DNA of 64,000 nt, taken from the NCBI GenBank assembly GCA_963832105.1, contig CAWHSS010000003.1:984131-1048130 (forward strand). Direction: 5' to 3'. Below the pieces are notes generated by a model, which was not told the DNA's origin, ran no database searches, and saw only the letters and a program-made list of their open reading frames with translations. Shown here one piece after another: positions 9,503 through 19,462 of the stretch. The stretch's first letter is position 1; each line of letters starts with the position of its first letter. Source of the stretch: an uncultured Chloroflexia bacterium. Its GTDB lineage: Bacteria; Chloroflexota; Limnocylindria; Limnocylindrales; CSP1-4. A program made the position numbers and the translations under genes.

Positions 9503-10978
9503 TCACGTCGAGGTCGAGGGGTCCCGCTTCTTCCGCGGCGCTCGTTCTAGCTGCCCGGCGCGGTCCGGCCACTCGTAGCCCTCCCACGGGTCGTAGTCGG
9601 GATCGAGGGGCTCCTGGACGGGCCGATCGCCTGCCGGGACGTGGATCAGGTTGACCCGTACCCGGTACCAGAGCGATGAGCGGCCGCGCATCCCGTCGAC
9701 AAGGACGTCCGCAGGTTCGAGCGCGGCGGCGGCCTTCGGGTGGCGCTCCTTCCAGCGCTCGAAACCGGCGAGGGCTTCGTCCTTCTTCGCGGCTCGAGAG
9801 ATCTCGATGACCGGGATCGTCGAGCGACGGCGGCCGGTCGGGGTCGGGCGCGTGCCTTCCCACTCCGTCGGGAGGCCGGCGTTGCGATCTCCGGCCGCAA
9901 CCGCGGCCGCTCGTTCCGCGGCGACTTCCGGCGGGGGACCGCCCGCCTCGCCGCGGCCGGGCTCGTACTCGCTCTCGGGTCGCCGCTTGCGAGATGGCTG
10001 GACGCGCGGCGGCTCGCCGGCTTGCTTCGCGTAGTTCGGCGGCCACGGAGCGTCGCCCAGCCCCTCCGCCTCGTGGCGGGCGCTCAGCTCGAGCAATCCC
10101 TCGAGCGACCCGACGGCCTCGTCGATTCCGGCACCGGCGTCGCCTCTCTTGGCATAGATCGCCGGGACCGTCGCGAGCGTGAAGTCCTCGGCGACGACAT
10201 CGGCCACCTCGTCCCAGCGGAGCGGCATCGAAACGCGAGCGTCGGGCAGGGGCCGGACGGAGTACGCCGAGGCAACCGTTCGATCCTTCGCGTTCTGGTT
10301 GTAGTCGAGGAACACGCCGTGGCGCTCCTCCTTCCACCACTTGGAAGTGGCGATCGTCGGTGCTCGCCGTTCGACATCCCGGGCAAGGGCGAGGGCCGCC
10401 CGCCGGACCTCGGGGTAGGTCCAGCGCGGCTCGATCCGGACGTTGATGTGGATTCCGCGCGAACCGGACGTCTTCGGCCAGCCCACCAGCCCGACAGCCT
10501 CGAGGGCGTCCTTCGCGACGAGCGCGACCTCGCGAATCTGCGGCCACTCGATCCCCGGCACCGGGTCGAGATCGACCCGCAGCTCGTCGGGATGGTCGAG
10601 GTCGTCCGCCCTGACCGGGTGGGGATTCAGGTCGATGCAGCCGAGGTTGTTGACCCAGGCCAGGCCGGCGGCGTCGTCGATCACGATCTCGTCGGCGGTT
10701 CGGCCGGACGGGAACGTCAGCGTGGCCACGCGCAGCCAGTCCGGCCGATTGTCGGGTGCCCGCTTCTGGAAGAACGCCTCGCCCTCGGCCCCGTCGACGA
10801 AGCGCTTGAGGGCCATCGGCCGGCCGCCGGCGCCCCGCAGGGCCCCATCGGCAACGGCGAGGTAGTACGTGACGAGGTCGAGCTTCGTGTAGCCGGCCTT
10901 CGGGAAGTAGATCTTGTCCGGGTTCGAGACCGCGATCTCTCGGCCGGCGATCTCGAGGATCTCCTTGCGGGTCGCCAT
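9503..10978 (-). CDS. Stand-alone LigD-type primase-polymerase (PolDom / Prim-PolC-like) with a long C-terminal extension
   Basis: SNPDKIYFP...GRPMALKRF..FFQK...VDLDP...KTSGSRGIHI...VFLDYNQN are AEP/LigD-Pol motifs. About 190 further residues follow the PWPP..K segment. Confidence 0.9.
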   Translation of the reverse strand: MATRKEILEIAGREIAVSNPDKIYFPKAGYTKLDLVTYYLAVADGALRGAGGRPMALKRFVDGAEGEAFFQKRAPDNRPDWLRVATLTFPSGRTADEIVIDDAAGLAWVNNLGCIDLNPHPVRADDLDHPDELRVDLDPVPGIEWPQIREVALVAKDALEAVGLVGWPKTSGSRGIHINVRIEPRWTYPEVRRAALALARDVERRAPTIATSKWWKEERHGVFLDYNQNAKDRTVASAYSVRPLPDARVSMPLRWDEVADVVAEDFTLATVPAIYAKRGDAGAGIDEAVGSLEGLLELSARHEAEGLGDAPWPPNYAKQAGEPPRVQPSRKRRPESEYEPGRGEAGGPPPEVAAERAAAVAAGDRNAGLPTEWEGTRPTPTGRRRSTIPVIEISRAAKKDEALAGFERWKERHPKAAAALEPADVLVDGMRGRSSLWYRVRVNLIHVPAGDRPVQEPLDPDYDPWEGYEWPDRAGQLERAPRKKRDPSTST

Positions 10979-11005
10979 TGGGCAACGATACCGCCGTGGC
11001 CGGCG

Positions 11006-12901
11006 CTATGGCACCCGGTCGATCTCGCCGGGTCCGATGATCTCCTGGCCGACCACCGGTTCGACGGCCTTCTCTGCGACGGGACGAGGCCGACGTGACA
11101 ACCGGGCCCGGAGCTGGCGAAGCGGCGACGGCGGTCTGGGAGGCGCGGGCGCGATCGCGCCCCGGCCGCGGAGGCCCTGGGCGATCGCCTCGGCCTCGGG
11201 GCCGCTGACGCCGAATCGCCGGAGCGAGTAGCGGGCCATCTGAACTGCCAGCTCACGCTCCGCATGGATCGCCTGGACGCTTCCGCCGATTCCCCGAAGG
11301 CGCGCGGCCTCGTCGTCACTGTGCGTTCGCACGATCAGGTCGATGCCCGGGTTGGCGGCCCGCGCCCGCTCCACGACGAGCCGCGTCGCATGGCCATCGC
11401 CGATCGCGACGATGAGCATCCGCGCCAGCCCGACGCCGGCGAGCTCGAGGAGCTCCGGCCTGGAAGCGTCGCCGTAGATCGCGGAGATACCGCGGGCCCG
11501 AAGCTCCTCCACGTGCCGCCGGTCGAGGCTGATCACGACATAGCGGTACCCGCGGCGGTCGAACACCGTGGCGATCGTCCGGCCGACCCGGCCGTAGCCG
11601 GCGAGGATGGCGTGGCGCCGGAGCGGCTCACCCGCCTCGGCCGATGGCAGCCGCGCCAGGTCGACGGATCGCCGCTCGAAGAGCGCGTGGAGTCGATCGT
11701 GCCGCCGGATGAACGCCTCGAGCGGCTCGATCATCCGGAACAGGAGCGGGTTCACCGCGATCGACACGAGGGCGCCGGCGACGATGAGCTGGAAGCCATC
11801 GGGCGGCAGCAGCGCGAGGGACAGGCCGACAGTTCCGAGGATGAACGAGAACTCGCCGATCTGGGCCAGGCCGGCTGCGACGGTCAGGCCGGTTCGGATC
11901 GGGTAGCCGAACGCCGCGACGATCGCGATCGCCACGAGCGACTTGGCCACGACGATCAGGCCGACGACGGCCACGACCTCGAGCGGGTGCTCGATGAGGA
12001 AGCTCGGATCGAGGAGCATCCCGACCGAGACGAAGAAGAGCACGGCGAACGCGTCACGAAGCGGCAGCGCGTCGGCCGCGGCCTGGTGGCTCATGTCGGA
12101 CTCGCTAACGATCGCCCCGGCGAGGAACGCCCCGAGGGCCAGCGAGATGCCGAAGATCGACGAGGCGGCGAACGCGATCCCGAGCGCGATCGCTAGGATG
12201 GCGAGACTGAACAGTTCCCGCGAGTTCTCCCGGGCGACGAGGATCAGGAGCGGCGGAATGAGCCGTTTGCCGGCGACGATCATCACGGCGGCGAAGATCG
12301 CGGCCTTGCCGAGGGCCACGACGAGGTCGCCGAGCGGGCTGCCCGTGACGCTCGTGGCCCCGGCGTCCGTGCCGCCGAGCATCGTCGCAATGGTCGGGAG
12401 GACGACCAGCACAGCGACCGTGACGAGGTCCTCCACGATGACCCAGCCGACCGCCGTCCGGCCCTGGACGGTGTCGAGCTCGTTCCGTTCCTCGAGCGCC
12501 CGCAGAAGCACCACGGTGCTCGCCATCGAGATGGCCAGCCCGAGCACGAGTCCGCCGCCGACTCCCCAGCCGATCGCCGCGCCGAACGCCACGCCAAGAA
12601 GCGTCGCAACGGCGATCCGGATGATCGCCCCAGGCACGGCTAACGCTCGGACGGCCATCAGGTCGTCGATCGAGAAGTGGATGCCGACGCCGAACATCAG
12701 CAGGATCACGCCGATCTCGGCCAGCTCCGTCGCGATCGAGCTGTCGGCGATCAAGCCCGGCGTGAACGGCCCGATCGCGACGCCGGCCAGGATGTAGCCG
12801 AGGATCGATGGAAGACGCAGCCGGCGCGCTAGCAGGCCGCCCGCGAACGCCGCCGTCAGGCCGATCGCGATGGTCGAGATGAGAACGGGCTCGTGGTCCA
12901 T
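11006..12901 (-). CDS. CPA2 cation:proton antiporter with C-terminal TrkA-N (KefB/C-like)
   Basis: MDHEPVLISTIAIGL...PSILGYILAGVAIGP, 12-13 TM segments, then the Rossmann motif AILAGYGRVGRTIA. The start is set at the first Met before TM1; upstream track codons are Arg-rich. Confidence 0.9.
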   Translation of the reverse strand: MDHEPVLISTIAIGLTAAFAGGLLARRLRLPSILGYILAGVAIGPFTPGLIADSSIATELAEIGVILLMFGVGIHFSIDDLMAVRALAVPGAIIRIAVATLLGVAFGAAIGWGVGGGLVLGLAISMASTVVLLRALEERNELDTVQGRTAVGWVIVEDLVTVAVLVVLPTIATMLGGTDAGATSVTGSPLGDLVVALGKAAIFAAVMIVAGKRLIPPLLILVARENSRELFSLAILAIALGIAFAASSIFGISLALGAFLAGAIVSESDMSHQAAADALPLRDAFAVLFFVSVGMLLDPSFLIEHPLEVVAVVGLIVVAKSLVAIAIVAAFGYPIRTGLTVAAGLAQIGEFSFILGTVGLSLALLPPDGFQLIVAGALVSIAVNPLLFRMIEPLEAFIRRHDRLHALFERRSVDLARLPSAEAGEPLRRHAILAGYGRVGRTIATVFDRRGYRYVVISLDRRHVEELRARGISAIYGDASRPELLELAGVGLARMLIVAIGDGHATRLVVERARAANPGIDLIVRTHSDDEAARLRGIGGSVQAIHAERELAVQMARYSLRRFGVSGPEAEAIAQGLRGRGAIAPAPPRPPSPLRQLRARLSRRPRPVAEKAVEPVVGQEIIGPGEIDRVP

Positions 12902-13139
12902 GGCTCTTCCCGGGTTCCGGGGGTGATGCGCAGGACTGGCGCGGGTCCGTGCCAGGCTGGTCCGTTCACGATACCGGACGCTGTCGAGGAAGGCACACCG
13001 CCTCGCCTCGTGGAACTTGCGCCTCGACAGGGCTCGTACCGAACGGGATGATGGTGGCTGTCGATTTGGAGGGCGTCCGTTCGTCGTTCGGACAACGGGA
13101 TCGCACAGGGCGGTCCGCCACGCGTGAGGAGACACTCGC

Positions 13140-13529
13140 ATGCGCTACCTGCTGCTGATCTACACCCAGGAACGGACAGAAGACACGCCCCAGGACGAGA
13201 TTGCCGCCGAAATGGAGGGCTACAACGCCTTCAGCGACGACATCCGGAACCGCGGCCTCTTCGAAGCCGGCGAGGCGCTCCACCCGACCGCGGCAGCGAC
13301 GACCGTCCGCGTCCGCGACGGCCAGACCGTCACGACCGACGGCCCGTTCGCCGAGACGAAGGAGGCCCTTGGCGGCTTCTACCTGATCAACGCGAAGGAC
13401 CTCGACGAGGCGATCGAGGTCGCGGCGAAGATCCCGGGCGCGAGGCACGGCTCGATCGAGGTCCGGCCGATCTTCGACTTCGGGGCGGCCGAGGGATCGA
13501 ACCCCGAGGCCGTCGGCGCCACCGGCTGA
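13140..13529 (+). CDS. YciI-family protein
   Basis: MRYLLLIY...TDGPFAETKEALGGFYLI..DLDEAIE, a typical YciI/DGPF domain. Confidence 0.9.
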   Translation: MRYLLLIYTQERTEDTPQDEIAAEMEGYNAFSDDIRNRGLFEAGEALHPTAAATTVRVRDGQTVTTDGPFAETKEALGGFYLINAKDLDEAIEVAAKIPGARHGSIEVRPIFDFGAAEGSNPEAVGATG

Positions 13530-13547
13530 CCCGGCGGCTCGCGGACG

Positions 13548-14831
13548 TTGGCTCCGCCGACCGACCCGCATGCCGTCGTCGACCGCCTCTTCCGCGAGGA
13601 ACAGGGGCGGGCCGTCGCCACGCTCATCCGCGTCCTCGGCGACTTCGACCTCGCCGAGGAGGCGGTCCAGGAAGCATTCGTCACCGCGCTCGAAACGTGG
13701 CCGGTCCGAGGCGTCCCGGACAACCCCGGCGCCTGGATCACGACGACGGCCCGGAACCGGGCGATCGATCGGCTCCGGCGCCGGAAGCGGATGGCGGAGA
13801 AGCAGGAGCTCCTCAACCGCGAGGCGGCCATCGCGGAGGAGCTCGCCGCGATCGACCCGGATGCGGCCATCGATGGGGAGCCCGGTATGAGTCCCATCTC
13901 AGACGATCGGCTGCGGCTCATCTTCACCTGCTGCCACCCGGCACTGGCGATGGATGCCCGCGTCGCCCTGACCCTGCGGACGCTGGGCGGCCTGTCGACG
14001 CCGGAAATCGCCCGGGCATTCCTCGTCCCGGAGCCGACGCTGGCCCAGCGACTCGTCCGGGCGAAGCGAAAGATCCGCGATGCGGGCATTCCGTACCGGG
14101 TGCCGCCGGACCACGCCCTCCCCGAACGCCTCGATGGCGTCCTGCGGGTCCTCTACCTGATCTTCAACGAGGGCTACGGCGCGACATCGGGTGATCGGCT
14201 CGTCCGGCGCGAACTGTGCGCGGAGGCGATCCGGCTCGCGCGGGTCCTCGTCTCCCTCATGCCCGACGAGCCGGAGGCGCTCGGGCTGCTCGCGCTGATG
14301 CTCCTCCACGACGCGCGGCGGGAGGCGAGGACGGGTCCCGGCGGCGAGATGATCCTGCTCGAGGACCAGGATCGCGGTCGGTGGGACCGAGCGAAGGTCG
14401 ATGAGGGCCGGGAGCTGCTCGATCGGGCGCTGAGGATGCGACGGGTAGGGCCGAACCAGCTTCAGGCAGCGATCGCTGCGCTCCACGACGACGCGGCCAC
14501 GGCCGTCGAGACGGACTGGGCCCAGATCGCGGGGCTGTACGCGGTGCTGGGGCGGGTGGCGCCGTCGCCGGTGATCGAACTGAACCGGGCAGTCGCGGTC
14601 GCGATGGCATCGGGCCCGGAGATCGGCCTCCGGCTCGTCGACGCGGTCGCTGCCTCCGGCGAGCTCGAGGAGTACCCGTACCTCCACGCTTCGCGCGCCG
14701 ATCTTCTGCGCCGTCTTGGCCGGCTCCCCGAGGCGGCCGACGCCTACGCGCGGGCCCACGAGCTGACCGCGAACGAGGCGGAGCGGGCGTTCCTGGAGCG
14801 GCGTCTGACGGAGGTTGGCTCCGCCAGATAA
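13548..14831 (+). CDS. ECF-type RNA polymerase sigma factor with C-terminal TPR-like extension
   Basis: Region 2 (RAVATLIRVLGDFDLAEEAVQEAF) and region 4 HTH (GGLSTPEIARAFLVPEPTLAQRLVRAKRKI), then about 230 aa of helical extension. Paired with YciI, as is common. Confidence 0.85.
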   Translation: MAPPTDPHAVVDRLFREEQGRAVATLIRVLGDFDLAEEAVQEAFVTALETWPVRGVPDNPGAWITTTARNRAIDRLRRRKRMAEKQELLNREAAIAEELAAIDPDAAIDGEPGMSPISDDRLRLIFTCCHPALAMDARVALTLRTLGGLSTPEIARAFLVPEPTLAQRLVRAKRKIRDAGIPYRVPPDHALPERLDGVLRVLYLIFNEGYGATSGDRLVRRELCAEAIRLARVLVSLMPDEPEALGLLALMLLHDARREARTGPGGEMILLEDQDRGRWDRAKVDEGRELLDRALRMRRVGPNQLQAAIAALHDDAATAVETDWAQIAGLYAVLGRVAPSPVIELNRAVAVAMASGPEIGLRLVDAVAASGELEEYPYLHASRADLLRRLGRLPEAADAYARAHELTANEAERAFLERRLTEVGSAR

Positions 14832-14888
14832 GCGCCGATGCATTGGCGATCGATCGGTGGGTGAGGGCCTCGGCGTACGGTCGGCCGC

Positions 14889-15617
14889 ATGTCGAAGTGG
14901 AAGCCTCGCCAGCTCCGCCCGCTGGGGCGTGGTGGCCGCAAGCGCGCCCGGAACGGGCTGGAGCTCGAGGTCTTCACAGGGCCGCCGCTCGGCCCGGGCC
15001 TCGTAACTGCGGACTACGAGACGGTCTTGGCCGCCATGGAGCGCTTCGATCCCGACATGTCGTGGAAGAAGGCCCGCAGCCGCGTCCTGCCGATGCTGCC
15101 GCGGGTTCGCCCGTTCCCGGGACCGGAGCTGGAACTGGCCAGGGCGATGCTGCCGCCCGGGATTCTCGTCAGCTTCGGGATCGATCTTGGTCCCGCGATC
15201 ACGTTCGTCGGTGCACCGTTGCTCGACCGCTGGCGGGTCGACATCCCAACGCTCGCTGCGACCGGCCTGACGAACCTCCGCCAGCTCGCCGCCCGGTGTC
15301 GACCCGGCGACGTGATCCGTGATCGGATCGGCGACGTTCCGGTCACGCTGCTCCAGTCGCGTCTCGGCATCGCCGCTTCGCTCATCCTCGTCCCGGAGAG
15401 CCTGGAGCGGCTGCTGGGCCGTGGTCCGCAGCTCCTCCTCGCGCCGATGCGCGACATCCTCATCGCGCTCCCACCTGACGTCGATCGCGAGTTCGCGTCG
15501 TGGCTGGCCGCCGAATGGGAGGCGCTGGACCCCAATCACCTCCACCTCGGCGGGTTCCGCCACGAGGCCGGTTCGATCGTCCCGGAGGCCATGGACGAGG
15601 AGTTGGCCCGCGCCTGA
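14889..15617 (+). CDS. Hypothetical protein
   Basis: 242-aa ORF with balanced composition and coding-like third-position GC. I recognise no motif. Confidence 0.55.
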   Translation: MSKWKPRQLRPLGRGGRKRARNGLELEVFTGPPLGPGLVTADYETVLAAMERFDPDMSWKKARSRVLPMLPRVRPFPGPELELARAMLPPGILVSFGIDLGPAITFVGAPLLDRWRVDIPTLAATGLTNLRQLAARCRPGDVIRDRIGDVPVTLLQSRLGIAASLILVPESLERLLGRGPQLLLAPMRDILIALPPDVDREFASWLAAEWEALDPNHLHLGGFRHEAGSIVPEAMDEELARA

Positions 15618-15637
15618 GGGGCCCAACCCCGTCGCAG

Positions 15638-16396
15638 CTACTGGTAGCCGACCTCGACCGCCTGGCCGCCTTCGCCCTCGCGCAGGACCAGCCAGCCATG
15701 ACGCACGGCATAGGCCACCGCGTGTCTCCTGTTCGGCACGCCGAACTTGTGAAGGACCGTCGAGAGGTGGTTCTTGACGGTCTGCTCGCTGACCGCGAGC
15801 GTCTGGGCGATCTCGCGGTTCCGCAGCCCGCCGGCCACAAGGGCAAGGACCTCGAGCTCGCGGACCGTCAGCGGATTGGTCGATTCCCGGTCGGCCATGA
15901 TCGTGTCGCGAACGTTGTCGAGGATCCGCTCCACGAGATCGGGCCGGGCGACCAGCTCGTCCTTCAGCGGATCCTGGCCCTCGGCGACCCGGCGGATCGT
16001 CGCAACGAGCTCCGCGGGCTCCGCCACCTCCGCGACGTGAGCGGTGGCGCCGACCTCCATCGCCTCGAGGATGCTGGCGTCGTCGTCCTCGCCACCGAGG
16101 ACCACGAGTGGCGAGTCCGGCGCTCCCTGGTGCATTCGACGAACCGCGTCCGCGGCGTCGGCTTCCTGGGGCACGTCGACGAGGACGACGTCCGGGGCGG
16201 CCGCATCGATGACGGACATCGCCTGGTCTGGGGACTGGACCTGGGCGACGATCTCAATTCCGGGCGCCCGATCGAGGACCTCGCGGATCCCAATTCCGAG
16301 AAGCTCGCGCGACTCGACGATGACGAGCCGGATCGGCTCGTCATTGGCAGGTTCCTCGCCCTGGGATCGGTCGGCGGTCAGCCGGCGTCGTGGCAC
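15638..16396 (-). CDS. LuxR/NarL-family response regulator with degenerate receiver
   Basis: C-terminal HTH LTVRELEVLALVAGGLRNREIAQTLAVSEQTVKNHL. The receiver keeps VVLVDV but has VES in place of the acidic DD pair and lacks the conserved Lys context. Confidence 0.85.
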   Translation of the reverse strand: MPRRRLTADRSQGEEPANDEPIRLVIVESRELLGIGIREVLDRAPGIEIVAQVQSPDQAMSVIDAAAPDVVLVDVPQEADAADAVRRMHQGAPDSPLVVLGGEDDDASILEAMEVGATAHVAEVAEPAELVATIRRVAEGQDPLKDELVARPDLVERILDNVRDTIMADRESTNPLTVRELEVLALVAGGLRNREIAQTLAVSEQTVKNHLSTVLHKFGVPNRRHAVAYAVRHGWLVLREGEGGQAVEVGYQ

Positions 16397-16680
16397 TCGC
16401 GCACCTCCGGGGCGAGCGCGCGATCGCCCCGCCTGAGCCTACCGGGGGACCCGGCGCGGCGCATGACCCGATCGGCCCGAAAACGGCGGGCGATTTCGTC
16501 CTGTTGGTCCTGGTACCCCCGGCGTCGAACCATCTGATTCCCATTGTGCCATTGCTCGCTCCAGCGCGAGGGACGGGGCCGCCGGTCCACGGAACCGATA
16601 TGCGGATGTAATGCGAACGGCGCTCGCCGGGGTCAGAATGTCGCCAACATCACCGGGGAGTGAAGGAGGAGGCATCGCCT

Positions 16681-18390
16681 GTGACAAGGTCGTTGAAACG
16701 CGCCCAGGCCTCGATCACCACCGCCGCGTTGGTTGCCGGACTGCTGATCGCAGCGCCAGGGGCCGCGCTTGGTTCCGGGGCTAAGACAACGTACGTGGTG
16801 CTCGCCGAATCGGGAGCAGCCACAGCGGACGTCGTGCGGGCAATCAGCTCCGCCGGCGGCACCATCACCGGTCGCAACGATGCGATCGGCACCTTCAGCG
16901 TTCTGGCTCCCGCCGATGGGTTCGTCGAGGCCGTCTCGGCCTCGAAGGCCGTCTTCGGTGCGGCCGGCGAGCGTCCGATCGGCCGCCTGCCGGATGGCGC
17001 CCCCGTCAAGGTCGCAGATCCCGAGGTCGAAGCGATCCATGCTGGCGGCCCGGGAGGCCCTCGCCACGGCGGATCGACCGCCGAGATGGATCCACTGGAT
17101 TCGCTGGCCTGGGGCCTCGCGATGGTCAAGTCGGATCAGGCCCGGGCTGTCAACGCAGGGGACAAGCGTGTCCTGGTCGGGATCCTCGACTCCGGCATCG
17201 ACGCGTCGCACCCTGACCTCGCCGGCCAGCTCGAAACCGCGCTCTCGCGAAACTTCGTGACCGACATCCCGTCCGTCGACGGACCGTGCGAGGTGGCCTC
17301 GTGCGTCGACCCGGCGACGGCCGACGACAGCGGCCACGGCACGCACGTCGCAGGCACCGTCGCCGCGGCGGCTAACGGATTGGGCGTCTCGGGCGTTGCC
17401 CCCGGCGTGCGGCTCGTCAACATTCGTGGCGGCCAGGACAGCGGTTACCTGTTCCTGGGGCCTGTAACGAATGCCCTGACCTACGGTGCGGACATCGGCG
17501 TCGACGTCATCAACATGTCGTTCTACGTCGATCCGTGGCTCTACAACTGCAACGCCAACCCGGCCGACTCGCCGGAAGACCAACTCGAGCAGCGGACCAT
17601 CATCGCAGCGATGAACCGCGCACTCGACTACGCCCACTCGAAGTACGTGACCCTGGTCGGGTCACTCGGCAACAACCACGAGGACCTCGGGCACCCGCGG
17701 ACCGACTTTTCGAGTCCGGACTTCCCGCCGGGTGAGGCATACCCGCGACCGATCGACAACGCGACCTGTTGGGACCTGCCAGTCGAAGGCCACCACGTGA
17801 TCGGCGTCTCGGCGCTCGGCCCCAGCACAACCAAGGCCGACTATTCCAACTACGGGCTCGAGCAGATCTCGGTGTCCGCGCCCGGTGGCTGGTTCCGCGA
17901 TGGCTTGGGGACGCCGACCTTCCGGACGAACGGCAACCAGATCCTCTCGACGTATCCGCTCCACGTCCTCCAGGAAGAAGGCCTGGTCGACCCGGCCGGC
18001 AACATCACGCCCGACGGGATCGCCTTTGGCGTCCAGAAGGACTGCGACGCCAGCGGCACCTGCGGCTACTACGCGTATCTGCAGGGCACCTCGATGGCCT
18101 CGCCGCATGCGACCGGTGTCTCGGCACTGGCCGTCAGCAGGTTCGGGACGAAGGATCCGCGCCACAAGGGCAGTCTCCGACTCGCTCCGTGGAAGACCGA
18201 ATTCGTCCTGACCGAGGGCGCCGCGGAGCATCCCTGCCCTGTGCCGCCGCTGCGCACCTACACGGCCGAGGGCCGATCGGTCGAATTCAACGCCCTCTGC
18301 GAGGGCACCACGGAGTTCAACGGCTTCTACGGCTACGGCATCGTGGATGCCTACGCGACCGTGACCGAGAAGTTCGAGTTCCCCGACTAG
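16681..18390 (+). CDS. Secreted S8 (subtilisin-family) serine peptidase
   Basis: Catalytic contexts GILDSGID, HGTHVAGTVAA and GTSMASPHATG, with signal-like N-terminus ..AALVAGLLIAAPGAALG. GTG 16681 is preceded by GAAGGAGGAGG, so it is preferred over the track start at 16660. Confidence 0.9.
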   Translation: MTRSLKRAQASITTAALVAGLLIAAPGAALGSGAKTTYVVLAESGAATADVVRAISSAGGTITGRNDAIGTFSVLAPADGFVEAVSASKAVFGAAGERPIGRLPDGAPVKVADPEVEAIHAGGPGGPRHGGSTAEMDPLDSLAWGLAMVKSDQARAVNAGDKRVLVGILDSGIDASHPDLAGQLETALSRNFVTDIPSVDGPCEVASCVDPATADDSGHGTHVAGTVAAAANGLGVSGVAPGVRLVNIRGGQDSGYLFLGPVTNALTYGADIGVDVINMSFYVDPWLYNCNANPADSPEDQLEQRTIIAAMNRALDYAHSKYVTLVGSLGNNHEDLGHPRTDFSSPDFPPGEAYPRPIDNATCWDLPVEGHHVIGVSALGPSTTKADYSNYGLEQISVSAPGGWFRDGLGTPTFRTNGNQILSTYPLHVLQEEGLVDPAGNITPDGIAFGVQKDCDASGTCGYYAYLQGTSMASPHATGVSALAVSRFGTKDPRHKGSLRLAPWKTEFVLTEGAAEHPCPVPPLRTYTAEGRSVEFNALCEGTTEFNGFYGYGIVDAYATVTEKFEFPD

Positions 18391-18414
18391 GGGCTCGAAG
18401 ACCACGCAAACTCC

Positions 18415-18446
18415 GACGCCGGCGGCCCGCAAGGGTCGCCGGCGTC
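18415..18446 (+). terminator. GC-rich hairpin downstream of the S8 peptidase gene
   Basis: GACGCCGGCG-GCCC-GCAA-GGGT-CGCCGGCGTC forms a 10-14 bp stem with a GCAA loop, 25 nt after the stop. There is no clear U-tract. Confidence 0.5.
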
Positions 18447-18493
18447 AGTCATCTCATAGGCGGACGCGACCGATCGTGCGATAGCATCGGCCC

Positions 18494-19462
18494 ATGACGA
18501 TCGCGTCCGGTTCGAGCGCTGAGAGCGGGCCGTCGGGAGAGCTACCGCGGCTCGCCGCCGACAGGGCGGCGTGGGCCCGGGTCCTCGCCGACGTCGCCGT
18601 CGTGACTGTGACCCCGTTCGCGGGTGACGCGCTTCGCAACGTCGACCACCCCGGCCTCGAGCGAAACCTGGAGCACCTGCTCCGGGGCGGGGTCCGGTTG
18701 CTCGTGGCCGGCGGAAACACCGGCGAGTTCGCTGCGCTCTCGGACGACGAGATCGTCGAAACGGTCCGGACGCATGCCCGTGTCGCCCGGGGACGAGCGC
18801 GGGTGGTCGCCGCCGTCGGCTACCGCCTCGAAGGAGCCGCGGAGCTCGGTCGGGCAGCGTTGGCGGCCGGCGCGGACGGCCTGATGGTCCACCAGCCGAT
18901 CCACCCGTATGCGAGCGAAGCGGGGCTCGTGGCCTACTACGCCGCCCTGGCCGAGGCGCTTCCCGGCAGCCCCTTGATCCTCTACGTTCGAGGCCCCCAG
19001 CTCACTGTGGACGGGGTGCGGCAGCTCGCCGCCGTCGAGTCGATCGTCGGCGTGAAGATGGGTCAACCCGATCCACCGCGGTTCGCCCGCTTCGTGGAGT
19101 CGGCGCCGGATCTCGCCTGGGTCTGCGGGGTGGCCGAGGCGTGGGCGGTCCCGTTCTGGAACGGCGGCGCGATCGGCTTCACCTCGGGCATCGCCAACGT
19201 GGCCCCGGAGCGTTCGCTGGAGATCTTCGCGGCATTGAAAGCGGGCGACATCGCCCAAGCGGAGGCCCTCGTCGATCGGCTGCGACCGATCGAGGCGCTC
19301 CGAGCGGGCCATGGCGACGCCAACAACGTGGCCGTCATCAAGGCAGCCATGGACCTCGTCGGGCTGGCCGGCGGCGGGCTGCGTCCGCCGCTCTCGGCGC
19401 TCGACGCCGATGACCACGCCGAGCTGATCCGCATCCTCGGGGAGCTGGAGTTGCTGCCATGA
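18494..19462 (+). CDS. Dihydrodipicolinate synthase / N-acetylneuraminate lyase family aldolase
   Basis: VTVTPF...LLVAGGNTGEF..LSDDE...GVKMG pattern of the DapA-like (class I aldolase) family. The neighbours suggest sugar-acid metabolism rather than lysine synthesis. Confidence 0.8.
   Translation: MTIASGSSAESGPSGELPRLAADRAAWARVLADVAVVTVTPFAGDALRNVDHPGLERNLEHLLRGGVRLLVAGGNTGEFAALSDDEIVETVRTHARVARGRARVVAAVGYRLEGAAELGRAALAAGADGLMVHQPIHPYASEAGLVAYYAALAEALPGSPLILYVRGPQLTVDGVRQLAAVESIVGVKMGQPDPPRFARFVESAPDLAWVCGVAEAWAVPFWNGGAIGFTSGIANVAPERSLEIFAALKAGDIAQAEALVDRLRPIEALRAGHGDANNVAVIKAAMDLVGLAGGGLRPPLSALDADDHAELIRILGELELLP

Noticed and set aside
13012-13038. ECF-type promoter candidate GGAAC-N18-CGTA upstream of the yciI-sigma operon.
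   Set aside because: The spacer is 18 nt, longer than the usual 16-17 nt. The -10 is only a partial match, and I do not know the consensus for this ECF group. This is not enough to call.
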